Shown piece by piece: positions 1 through 8,228 of a DNA stretch of 14,140 nucleotides. Source of the DNA: an uncultured archaeon (GTDB lineage Archaea > Asgardarchaeota > Hermodarchaeia > Hermodarchaeales > Hermodarchaeaceae); assembly GCA_964347045.1 (NCBI GenBank), contig CAYFXC010000031.1:1498-15637 (forward strand), read 5' to 3'. The notes under the pieces are model-generated. The model saw only the letters and a list, made by a program, of their open reading frames with translations, had not been told where the DNA came from and did not search any database. Each line of letters starts with the position of its first letter. Positions within the stretch are counted from its first letter, which is position 1. The position numbers were made by a program, and so were the translations under genes.

Positions 1-7
1 ACACCTT

Positions 8-31
8 AGTTATATCTGTTGAGATATATCT
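8..31. promoter_or_regulatory. ModE-type palindromic operator (9-6-9), in the likely promoter of a minus-strand gene starting left of the window
   Basis: AGTTATATC-TGTTGA-GATATATCT, 16/24 identical to the tupA box with the same geometry. On the minus strand it lies between a TATA-like TTTAAGTA (46-39) and an SD-like AGGTG (6-2). Confidence 0.55.
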
Positions 32-318
32 ATTCTGATACTTAAAAAAATGCTCTGATGCCTAGAAGATGGGAGCCAAAGAATCCTGGTGGCCTAATAA
101 GACGATGTGCAATTCCTAAAAAATGACGTGAACGACAATTAATTGCTCTTGTACCGGAGGTAGGGAAGCGCTATCATTGAGAATCTATAGATTAATCCCT
201 TTAAACTCCCCTAATTGGATGTTTCAAAGCCAATTCAATAAAAAAGATATGCATTTTGAATACGTTGAGTATTGCAGCAATTTTATTTTCAAAGTGTTAA
301 TTGCATCCATACGGGATG

Positions 319-368
319 TCGAAGACATATATGTTGTTTCTTACAAATGATGTGAAGGATGATTTGTT
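319..368 (+). repeat. Dispersed intergenic repeat, copy A
   Basis: TCGAAGACATAtaTGTtgTTTCTTAcaAATgATGTgAAGgATGATTTGTT; about 41/50 identical to 3855-3903 by manual alignment. Confidence 0.85.
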
Positions 369-447
369 TCAAATAATATCTTTTGCTCAAAATGCTACTT
401 GGCTTACTCTTGTATAAGAAGAACACTTAGTGCCATTGAAAAAAATC

Positions 448-1155
448 TCATGATGAAGATTTCGTATTTGGATAATAGACATTGTAAATCTGGAATGGGG
501 ATCCTCCCAAGGCATACCATACTCGGCAAAGCAAGAATTTTCCAATATACTGGATTAATCCATGCTTTCGATATCCTTCCGCACTTGTTTCAACCTTTTC
601 CTTTAGCAATACTACGCGACCATGTTTGTGCATACATTGAGCCAATCGAAGGTCTTCGAAAAGTGGAACTTCAAGCACGGGCATACAGCGCTTTAGAATT
701 TTGGAGCGTATGAACATGGCACGATCTCCATAGAGTTCCCCTGAGATTCGAAACCACTGATTCACCATCCAAATACCTACGTCAAGGTACGGTGCAGGGG
801 TGTCATAGGTCATTGAAAAGCCTCCACCGACCACTGTTGGGTCTTCCAATGCAGAAAGAATCGCTTGATCCCATCTAGGGGGCGGAAGGGTGTCGGAATG
901 AAGAAAAAAGGTGATGTCACTGGCAATATGCGCGATTCCCTTAAGAAATACAAATCCCCGTCCTTTTCGAGAGGAGACAACAACGAGCTCATTCGAGGCT
1001 TGGGGTGTAATCAGTGGAACAAGTTCTGGATTGTTTAACACCAAGATCAGCTGTATTGGCACAGTTACCGAGGACATAACCTTCCGAATTTCAGGGATTC
1101 TGTTGTTAGTGGAATGTATGGGAATAATCACAGAGATTAGGGAGGAATCGACCAT
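448..1155 (-). CDS. GT2-family glycosyltransferase, TIGR04283-like (ArsS-associated)
   Basis: ISVIIP start, KGRG, FLHSDT, GGGF, YGDRAMFIRS (family YGDQxxFxR) and PLFED motifs. ATG at 1155 preferred over GTG at 1164. A T-run follows the stop on the minus strand. Confidence 0.8.
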   Translation of the reverse strand: MVDSSLISVIIPIHSTNNRIPEIRKVMSSVTVPIQLILVLNNPELVPLITPQASNELVVVSSRKGRGFVFLKGIAHIASDITFFLHSDTLPPPRWDQAILSALEDPTVVGGGFSMTYDTPAPYLDVGIWMVNQWFRISGELYGDRAMFIRSKILKRCMPVLEVPLFEDLRLAQCMHKHGRVVLLKEKVETSAEGYRKHGLIQYIGKFLLCRVWYALGGSPFQIYNVYYPNTKSSS

Positions 1156-1273
1156 AGTGTACACCGTGCGATTTTATTCAGAAAGTGCTTTAGAATCAAA
1201 AATAGTTATACATATCATTATCCCAAATATTCTATCAGGTTGATTTTGGAAGCAATTGAAAGGGGTTAATACA

Positions 1274-2029
1274 TTGTCAAATGAAATTTCACCCGATACT
1301 AGCTTTGAAAAGCCAAATAAATATCAAGTCGGTCCTGGGTATGGTCTTCTGTTCATGGGGATATTGTACCTGATTTTTTGGCTCCTACCGTTCACAATTG
1401 AATCCTATATCGGAGATCCGCGATGGTCACATAACTGGGTTTATGCCTTGATTATTATCACAATAGCTGCCGCATTTTTTCAAAAGACTGTAGCGAGTAG
1501 AGTCGTTGCGTTCCTCCAAGCATTATTAATGCCGATCACTGCGAGTGGCGCAATTAATACAACAGTGCTGACCCTCGCTGCTCTGGTACTCCTCTTAGTA
1601 TGGATTATCATTGTGTTGGTTGAACGCAGAAATAACAGACCCCTTATTGATAACCGATTCTCCCGTCGTACTCAGAATTGGATAATTATGCATTCTCTAA
1701 TTGTCTGTTGGCTTCTACTGGCACATATGGGCTTGGTCTTTTTCCTTAGTCGATTACCCTTTGAAGCACAACTGGACATCCTTGGCACTAGTTTGGGGCA
1801 AAGTTTAGGTTTCTTGTTAAATCTTCCCATCGAGCGGTTTGATCTCGTCGTCTATGTGTTTGATATTAACCTAATCATTCTAGCGCTTCTCTTTGTATAC
1901 GAACAACTCAAGTTAGGTTATAATCCACAGAATAAGCCTTGGCCAAGAATCAGTTTCTACTTTCTAATCATCACCCTAGCGTTAGGCTTTGCACTACTTC
2001 CATTCACTCTCCAAGGTATTATTCCATGA
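1274..2029 (+). CDS. Polytopic membrane protein of unknown function (about 7 hydrophobic segments)
   Basis: Long ORF with repeated hydrophobic stretches. SD-like AGGGGT at 1261-1266 precedes TTG 1274 (ORF is open from 1256). No family recognised. Confidence 0.75.
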   Translation: MSNEISPDTSFEKPNKYQVGPGYGLLFMGILYLIFWLLPFTIESYIGDPRWSHNWVYALIIITIAAAFFQKTVASRVVAFLQALLMPITASGAINTTVLTLAALVLLLVWIIIVLVERRNNRPLIDNRFSRRTQNWIIMHSLIVCWLLLAHMGLVFFLSRLPFEAQLDILGTSLGQSLGFLLNLPIERFDLVVYVFDINLIILALLFVYEQLKLGYNPQNKPWPRISFYFLIITLALGFALLPFTLQGIIP

Positions 2030-2053
2030 TACATTGACTGCATTTGCATCCAA

Positions 2054-2770
2054 TCATGGGAAAAGAATGGACAGAATCTCTGGATGGCTACGAAGATACT
2101 TCATCGTGTGTAGAGCTTGTGAGGGCTTCAACTCGTGAGTCTTATAGAATTCTTGGAGGGTTTCTTTCGTGTCGATATCGGGCCATTCAGGCAACACATG
2201 GATCTGTGTGGGTTCTGCTTCGATTTTGGCGAAAGTTTCCTGAAACACGGTTGCGGTGCCCCAAGAAATGTCTTGAAAGATGTTAGCAAAGGGAAAATCG
2301 GAGGAAAAGCCGGTTAGATAATAGCCTCCATCGGGTGCAGGTCCAATTACAAACTTGTGTGTTTGGAGAGTAGTTACCGCGGTTCTTAGAATCTCTGCGG
2401 GTAAATCTGGGCAATCACTTGCGAGGGCGATTACCGTTTGATATTGTTGCTTAAACATCATAGTAAATCCATTCTGGAGTCGTTCACCAAGATTTGTCCC
2501 TTGTTGGGGGAAGCATCTATATGAAGATCCTAACCATTGGGTTAATTGTTCTAGAGATTCTGGAGGATAAACGGCAAGGTGAAAGGGAATATTGAGCGAT
2601 TGGACGGTTGTGAGTGTGTCTTGAATAAAGGTCCGATAGAGACTCGCTGCGGCCTCTGCTCCTATGGTTTCTGCGAGTCGTGACTTCACTTTTCCCGCCT
2701 CTGGATACTTCATCATGATGAAAATCCCGGGGCGCAAGGTATGTGTAGACATGTTTAGATTCGCGCTCAT
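2054..2770 (-). CDS. TIGR04282/DUF2064 family transferase (CofC-like nucleotide-diphospho-sugar transferase fold)
   Basis: KYPEAGKVKSRL, QQGTNLGERL, ASDCPDL, GPAPDGGYYL, ISWGT and DIDT motifs. ATG at 2770 has AGGA upstream and lies 10 nt after the arsS stop; 2752 is an alternative start. Confidence 0.88.
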   Translation of the reverse strand: MSANLNMSTHTLRPGIFIMMKYPEAGKVKSRLAETIGAEAAASLYRTFIQDTLTTVQSLNIPFHLAVYPPESLEQLTQWLGSSYRCFPQQGTNLGERLQNGFTMMFKQQYQTVIALASDCPDLPAEILRTAVTTLQTHKFVIGPAPDGGYYLTGFSSDFPFANIFQDISWGTATVFQETFAKIEAEPTQIHVLPEWPDIDTKETLQEFYKTHELKPSQALHTMKYLRSHPEILSILFP

Positions 2771-2780
2771 TTTTCCTTGG

Positions 2781-3746
2781 TTATCGCTCGATGACGCCTT
2801 CACAAGAGGATCCGAATCCTGCTGTGCAGCCAAAACAGTGCGGACCAGTTACTATCTTACGAGTTCTATGGGAACGGCGATCAAAGCGATCGATATGGTT
2901 TGGCTTAGCGGCAACAGGAAGTTTGAGCGCGAAATTGAAGTCGCAATCATAGATTAGTCCATCCCAGCCAACACACACTTGATGGCGGCACATCAAGTTC
3001 TTCACGGTTTCCGGATTGAACGCGGCTTCTAGTTGCTGTTGATACTGGATGGCTTGTTGCTTGGCTTCCAACAGTTGTTGAAATCGCCCTATTGGCATAT
3101 TCGTGATGGTCAACAGACGATTGAAATGGATATCATATTCGGTTAACAGTATTTCTTTGTATGTGACTTCTAATTTGGATTGTTTCGGCGGCAAAAAGGC
3201 ACCTTCCGGATTAAAGACAAGATTCAACTCTAACTCGGGATTAACTCCATATCCTAACTTGTTGAGCATTTGGAGAATTTTTATGCTCTTCTTAAAGACA
3301 CCTCTCCCCCGTTGTCGGTCCACATCGGCTTCTAGATAGCAGGGAAGGGATCCAACTAGTCGAATCTGAAGATCACGATACAGCTCCATTAATGCTTTTA
3401 GCTCTGGATCCATGAGTACGGTAAGGTTTGTTCGTACTTGAACCTTGTAATCTTTGTTGTTTAAAGATTGAAGAAACCGAGGAAGTGAAGGGTTCAATTC
3501 TGGTGCTCCACCCGTGATATCCACGAGTTCGGGATGTATTTGTTCTGCAACGTTAAGAACGTGTTCCATGAGCTTCCAGCTCATAATATCTGTGCTAGTA
3601 GGTGTGGCTTGTAGATGACAATGGACACACAGCTGATTGCACCGATTCCCCACATTTACCTGTAACGTCTTCTGGGTTAAGCCTATTAATTTGGAACCTG
3701 TTTCGTTGAGTATTTGTTGATTGAATATTGTTATTGTTTGCACCAT
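2781..3746 (-). CDS. arsS: Radical SAM/Cys-rich protein, ArsS family (TIGR04167, DUF3641 C-terminus)
   Basis: LQVNVGNRCNQLCVHCH (CxxxCxxC), DITGGAPEL, SLPCY, VDRQRG, ITNMPIGRF, LMCR, YDCDFN, HCFGCTAGFGSSC. Start is ATG 3746 or TTG 3788. Confidence 0.92.
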   Translation of the reverse strand: MVQTITIFNQQILNETGSKLIGLTQKTLQVNVGNRCNQLCVHCHLQATPTSTDIMSWKLMEHVLNVAEQIHPELVDITGGAPELNPSLPRFLQSLNNKDYKVQVRTNLTVLMDPELKALMELYRDLQIRLVGSLPCYLEADVDRQRGRGVFKKSIKILQMLNKLGYGVNPELELNLVFNPEGAFLPPKQSKLEVTYKEILLTEYDIHFNRLLTITNMPIGRFQQLLEAKQQAIQYQQQLEAAFNPETVKNLMCRHQVCVGWDGLIYDCDFNFALKLPVAAKPNHIDRFDRRSHRTRKIVTGPHCFGCTAGFGSSCEGVIER

Positions 3747-3813
3747 CACAAATTGAATTCCGCTTTCCGTGAAAATACCTTCAAGCAATTTGCATATACA
3801 TTTTTCCTAAGAG

Positions 3814-3832
3814 CAACTTGTTAAACAAGTTG
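3814..3832. promoter_or_regulatory. Perfect palindrome upstream of arsS (possible operator)
   Basis: CAACTTGTT-A-AACAAGTTG, 9-bp arms, in the divergent arsS/dsrE intergenic region. Confidence 0.45.
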
Positions 3833-3852
3833 TTATCTACGGTTGGCTTGAT

Positions 3853-3903
3853 TTTCGAAGACATACTTGTAATTTCTTATTAATAATGTAAAGATGATTT
3901 GTT
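3853..3903 (+). repeat. Dispersed intergenic repeat, copy B
   Basis: tttcgaagacatacttgtaatttcttattaataatgtaaagatgatttgtt; matches copy A (about 41/50) and copy C (26/29). Confidence 0.85.
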
Positions 3904-4065
3904 AATTGCAAATTGTTTTATGTGGTTTCTGCAAGGTAACTTAACAGTGTTAAATTGGTTGAGCCGCGATAGTAGGTACCACAGTGGAACAAGCTGTTGA
4001 TATTGGGTTCTATCGTTTTCAACCAAATGGATAGACTGTTCAAACTAAAAAAGGAATGATAAAAA

Positions 4066-4419
4066 TTGCCAACAATATTGTATGTGCAGACAAGCGATGA
4101 TCCGGAAAGGCAGTACTCGCCGCTGGTCTTGGCTCAGACAGCGAAGGCGATGGATGTGGATGCAATCGTGTACTATCTGGGGCAAGGTCTGCGAACTCTG
4201 AAACCTGGAGTTGCTGAGAAGATTCAGGTGGGTAGCTTTCCGAGTGTGGCAGATATGTTGAAGGAGACCATAAAGCAAGGGATTCCCGTGATGGTCTGTG
4301 AAGCCTCCAAGCAGATGCTTGGATGGGAAAAAGTGGAACTTATTGAGGGCTGTAAAATAGTTGGTGCCGCAACATTAAATGACCTCGCTTTAGATGCCGA
4401 TGCAACCATGTGGTTCTAG
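4066..4419 (+). CDS. DsrE/DsrF-family protein (putative sulfur carrier)
   Basis: 117 aa with the DsrE pattern DDPER..P..LA.TA.AM, YLGQG, conserved VCEAS cysteine and IVGAA. TTG start with AAGGA upstream. Confidence 0.85.
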   Translation: MPTILYVQTSDDPERQYSPLVLAQTAKAMDVDAIVYYLGQGLRTLKPGVAEKIQVGSFPSVADMLKETIKQGIPVMVCEASKQMLGWEKVELIEGCKIVGAATLNDLALDADATMWF

Positions 4420-4561
4420 AAGCAGACCAAAGGCGATCTCATTACTAGTAGTGTGTTGATGCCTGTTCAGGTGTTTGTATGCTAAGGTGCATCCTAGCCC
4501 AGAATCGAGTCTAGATGCAGCATAAAAATGAATCCCATTAAAAGAGTGGTGACACTTAAAG

Positions 4562-4723
4562 TTAAGAATGTTCAACAGTGTCAAACTGCCGAGTAGGGAA
4601 ATTTCGACAGCCGTCTTTGAAGATATACGATTTCTGAGTTATCGAAGCCCATACACAAAATACACATTCTGAAAGTTGTTGTAAGCAAGTGCTTTTTTCA
4701 CAATAGAGCACGTCATTTTTCAT
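4562..4723 (-). CDS. Possible small Cys-rich protein (53 aa)
   Basis: MKNDVLYCEKSTCLQQLSECVFC...GC: five Cys including CxxC, in otherwise empty intergenic space. No clear SD. Confidence 0.3.
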   Translation of the reverse strand: MKNDVLYCEKSTCLQQLSECVFCVWASITQKSYIFKDGCRNFPTRQFDTVEHS

Positions 4724-4832
4724 ATCTTTTATGCTAATCTTTCTTCTTCTTTTTTTGTTGAACATTACGTCATTCCGTGTTTTACATTGATTTTTGAAGG
4801 CAAAACAGTGAAATATGGGTATGCTGTTATGA

Positions 4833-4856
4833 CGTTATGTTTGTATAAACATATCG
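4833..4856. promoter_or_regulatory. ModE-type operator upstream of tupA
   Basis: CGTTATGTT-TGTATA-AACATATCG, 8/9 arm symmetry, resembles the bacterial ModE box CGnTATATA-N6-TAYATAnCG; ends 10 nt before the tupA ATG. Confidence 0.8.
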
Positions 4857-4866
4857 GTGGAATTGC

Positions 4867-5883
4867 ATGCGAAAAGAGATGAAGATTCTTTCAGCAATCA
4901 TGGTCATTGTCATCGTATCCACAAGCGCAGCCACTATATACTATTTTAGTCAACTCCAAAATAAGCAAAATCTTGTAATTTCAACAACAACCAGCCTTTA
5001 TGATACAGGCTTACTAGATCTAATCAAACAAAGGTATGAGCAATCAAATCCAAAAGTTCTGGTAAAGTTTATCTCTGCAGGTACCGGTATTGCAATAACT
5101 CACGCAAAGAAAGGAGATGCCGACTTGATCCTTGTCCACTCTCCTTCACAGGAACTAGCCTTTATGGAGGAGGGATATGGGGTCAATCGACGAATTTTTG
5201 CATATAACTTCTTCACCATTATAGGACCATCGTATGATCCTGCCGGAATACATCAAACAGATCCCATTGAAGCTTTTCAGAGGATATACGAATACGGGAA
5301 TAACCATGGTATTGCCGTCTGGGTTTCTAGGGATGATTTGTCTGGTACTAATTCCAAGGAAATCGCGCTTTGGAATGCTGCAGGATTTGATTATGAAGTC
5401 ATAAGAGACGAACCATGGTTCGTCTCTTCGGGTACTGGAATGGGCGCTAGCTTGCGACTTGCGGATGAACGTAATCTCTATTCTCTATCAGATATCGGTA
5501 CATATCTCAAGTACTTTTCTGATGGTTTGATCCGCCTAGCCCAGCATGTTGACCAGGGAGAAGCGTTATTGAACGTCTATAGCGCTATTGTCGTGAACCC
5601 ACAAAATGTTTCAAATGTGAAGTATGAACTTGCGATGGAATTCGTTCTATGGCTTGTAAGTGAAAATGTACAACAATTGATTGGGGAATACGGAGTCTCC
5701 GAGTATGGGAGCCAGTTATTCTTTCCTGCTGTTCAAATCCTGCAGTCTCAATTGCCCAATGAGATCTATACCTGGATTAGGGATCATGCATTCTTTGAAG
5801 CAGGAGGCCTACTTTTCGAGTGTCCTCCGCAATGGCAGATGGGCGGCTATAGTCTATCTAGGGAGCACCATATTTTGAGCTGA
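4867..5883 (+). CDS. tupA: Tungstate ABC transporter substrate-binding protein
   Basis: N-terminal membrane anchor; STTTSLYDTGLL (TTTS TupA signature), GTG, LVHSP, SRDDLSGT, GMG, LLNVYS. Confidence 0.93.
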   Translation: MRKEMKILSAIMVIVIVSTSAATIYYFSQLQNKQNLVISTTTSLYDTGLLDLIKQRYEQSNPKVLVKFISAGTGIAITHAKKGDADLILVHSPSQELAFMEEGYGVNRRIFAYNFFTIIGPSYDPAGIHQTDPIEAFQRIYEYGNNHGIAVWVSRDDLSGTNSKEIALWNAAGFDYEVIRDEPWFVSSGTGMGASLRLADERNLYSLSDIGTYLKYFSDGLIRLAQHVDQGEALLNVYSAIVVNPQNVSNVKYELAMEFVLWLVSENVQQLIGEYGVSEYGSQLFFPAVQILQSQLPNEIYTWIRDHAFFEAGGLLFECPPQWQMGGYSLSREHHILS

Positions 5884-5888
5884 CAGAA

Positions 5889-6551
5889 ATGGTTTTGCAT
5901 ATTGAGTTAATACAAATTACACTTCAATCGCTGTTCATTTCCGGTATGGCTGCACTAATCGCCGCGGCTGTGGGACTTCCACTTGGGCTCATTTTGGGCA
6001 TAAAACAGTTCAAAGGCAGATCCTTCATTATTGGTATCGTTAATTCTCTCATGGGTATTCCTACTGTTGCCTTGGGGTTAATTCTCTATCTCGTCTTTTC
6101 AAATACAGGGCCTTTGGGGTTTTTTGACTTGCTCTATACGCCTCAAGCCATTATCATCGGGCAATCGATTCTAATTTTGCCAATCATGATTAGCATTACA
6201 ACAGAGACCATTGTGAATGTTGATCCATCTATCCGAGAGCTAGCCCTAACATTGGGTGCAGATGAAAAGGCTGCAGCCTTCTGTTCATTGCGTGAATCCG
6301 TTGGTGGAATCGTTTTTGCAATTTCTACTAGTTTTAGTCGGGCAATTGCTGAGCTTGGTGTGGCGCTGATGGTTGGTGGCAATATACGCGGGTTGACACG
6401 AGTAATTACCACTGCAATTGCCCTTGAAACTGTGCGGGGAGAGATTGCGCTGAGCCTTGGATTGACGGCTATTCTCATTGCATTGATTCTGGTGGTCAAT
6501 GGCCTGTTGGGGTTGCTAAAGAAACGTTTTCAGTGGTGGCTATGGGAATAA
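5889..6551 (+). CDS. tupB: Tungstate ABC transporter permease
   Basis: MGIPTVALGL, GPLG..LLYT, TLGA, RAIAELGVALMVGGNIRGLTR.ITTAIALET. Confidence 0.93.
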   Translation: MVLHIELIQITLQSLFISGMAALIAAAVGLPLGLILGIKQFKGRSFIIGIVNSLMGIPTVALGLILYLVFSNTGPLGFFDLLYTPQAIIIGQSILILPIMISITTETIVNVDPSIRELALTLGADEKAAAFCSLRESVGGIVFAISTSFSRAIAELGVALMVGGNIRGLTRVITTAIALETVRGEIALSLGLTAILIALILVVNGLLGLLKKRFQWWLWE

Positions 6552-7615
6552 TTGAGTTAAGGAATGTGACAGTGGACTTTGATTCAGTGCGAGCAATAGA
6601 GAATATCAACTTGACAATTACAACAGGGGAAATGTTTGCCTTAATTGGTCCAAATGGGGCTGGGAAAACCACGATTCTGAAAGTAATTGCGGGGCTTCTC
6701 AAACCTTCAGAGGGCGAACTGTGGTATCAGGGTAACCTGATAACCGATTCAACGAGGCAAAAAGTAAGAAGCCAAGCACCGTTAGTTTTTCAGAAGCCAG
6801 TCTTGTTTGGCACATCGGTGTTCAAGAATGTAGCCTATGGTCTGAGAATGCGTAAAATAAAGGAGACTGAAGTACGACGTCGAGTGGAAGCGGCATTAGA
6901 ATTAGTCGAACTGAACCATCTTCAAAACCGGTTTGCGCGAGAACTCTCAGGAGGGGAACAACGAAGGGTATCCCTTGCGATGGCCGTGGCACTTGATACT
7001 GAAATGATTTTACTGGATGAACCCACTGCCTTCCTCGATCCTGAGAACACCAAAATCGTTGAAAGCACATTACACTATCTGAACAAGGAGCAAAATACGA
7101 CTATTATTGTTGTGACTCACAACATGCTTCAAACTGAGTTGTTAGCGCATAGAGCTGCCATTGTACAACATGGTCGTATTGAGCGCACAGGGTATGCGAG
7201 AGAAATCTTTAGAGCCGAACTCGAGAACCTATTAATTGCTGACCAATCAGTAAATACCTTCAAAGGTATAGCAAAGGCTATTGGTCCTAAAACATTCGGA
7301 GGTCAACTCGTGAACATTCAATTAAATAATAACGTGAATGTTGAGGCTATATCAAATCAGGAGGGGGAAGTTACTATAATGATCCCCCCGGAAGATATCA
7401 TAGTATCCCCACAAGAGATTCTCTCTAGTGCAAAGAACGCCCTTCAGGGACGAATAATACAGATTCAGCAGCAGCCCTCCACAGTCTTATTGACCATCGA
7501 TGTAGGTGTTGAGCTCTTGGCACAAATTACAATTGCCTCATTGGATCGGCTCAATATAGGACAAGGTGACCGGGTTCATGTGACGTTCAAAGCCTCCTGT
7601 GTTCGCGTTTATTAG
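6542..7615 (+). CDS. tupC: Tungstate ABC transporter ATPase with C-terminal TOBE domain
   Basis: Walker A GPNGAGKT, LSGGE signature, ILLDEP, VTHN. C-terminal SSAKN...QIT..S...FKAS TOBE. ATG overlaps the tupB end. Confidence 0.92.
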   Translation: MGIIELRNVTVDFDSVRAIENINLTITTGEMFALIGPNGAGKTTILKVIAGLLKPSEGELWYQGNLITDSTRQKVRSQAPLVFQKPVLFGTSVFKNVAYGLRMRKIKETEVRRRVEAALELVELNHLQNRFARELSGGEQRRVSLAMAVALDTEMILLDEPTAFLDPENTKIVESTLHYLNKEQNTTIIVVTHNMLQTELLAHRAAIVQHGRIERTGYAREIFRAELENLLIADQSVNTFKGIAKAIGPKTFGGQLVNIQLNNNVNVEAISNQEGEVTIMIPPEDIIVSPQEILSSAKNALQGRIIQIQQQPSTVLLTIDVGVELLAQITIASLDRLNIGQGDRVHVTFKASCVRVY

Positions 7616-7646
7616 AAGCCAGAATATAATACATCGAAAGGAGTCT

Positions 7647-8222
7647 GTGAGGAAATTGCCATCAACTGAACCAAACCCGACTGTGAAAATCTGGTTAGAA
7701 CGAAAAGGACAGCCAATCCTAGGGGCAGGTGGAGCGACACTTTTGGCGGCAATTAATCAGCTGGAAAACTTAACCAAAGCCGCACAGGCCGTGGGGATGT
7801 CATATCGCTATGCGTGGGGGTATTTACGGCGTATCGAAAGAGCACTTGATGAGCCCATAGTGACACGACAAAAGGGCGGAGCTAAAGGTGGCGGCAGCAT
7901 GATATTGACAACCTTAGGTAGAAAATTACTGCGACAATATACACGGTTTGATGAATTCGTTCGATTTTCTTTGAAGAATCCAGAACTTTGGGAAGCATAT
8001 GGGCTCGAAGCACGTACAACAAACCGATTACCCGGACGCATCGAATCCATCACAGCCGATCAAGAAGTTGCGGCAATTAAAATCGCCGTTCCTAGAGGAT
8101 TACCGTTGATCGCAATTATTACACGTGAGTCAGTTGAGCATTTTCAACTAGAGGAGGGACAACATTTGTTTGCAGTGATTAAAGCCACGGAAGTCATGGT
8201 CGAAACAAAAAACGAGGACTGA
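7647..8222 (+). CDS. modE: ModE-family regulator (winged HTH plus one TOBE/Mop domain)
   Basis: KIWL, LLAAI...LTKAAQAVGMSYRYAW, KGGAKGGG..LT..G, then a TOBE domain (ITRES, AVIKATEV). Start is probably GTG 7647 or TTG 7656. Confidence 0.88.
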   Translation: MRKLPSTEPNPTVKIWLERKGQPILGAGGATLLAAINQLENLTKAAQAVGMSYRYAWGYLRRIERALDEPIVTRQKGGAKGGGSMILTTLGRKLLRQYTRFDEFVRFSLKNPELWEAYGLEARTTNRLPGRIESITADQEVAAIKIAVPRGLPLIAIITRESVEHFQLEEGQHLFAVIKATEVMVETKNED

Positions 8223-8228
8223 AAGAAG

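Noticed and set aside
6-33. dif/Xer site (11-6-11 dyad)
   Set aside because: It lacks the inner ATAA/TTAT of dif sites; its promoter position and similarity to the tupA box favour a ModE operator.
2771-2833. Long overlaps implied by the ORF track (TIGR04282/arsS, modE/tupC)
   Set aside because: Downstream starts with SD-like motifs remove the overlaps.
2781-2840. Selenocysteine in the ArsS C-terminus (some family members are selenoproteins)
   Set aside because: The GSSC position is TGT (Cys), there is no in-frame TGA, and the stop is TAA.
3783-3864. Conserved leader peptide starting at ATG TCT TCG on the minus strand of each repeat
   Set aside because: The peptides diverge completely after MSS(K/T) and have different lengths.
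4616-4634. Fourth repeat copy (tttgaagatatacgatttc)
   Set aside because: The match is too short and gapped to distinguish from chance.
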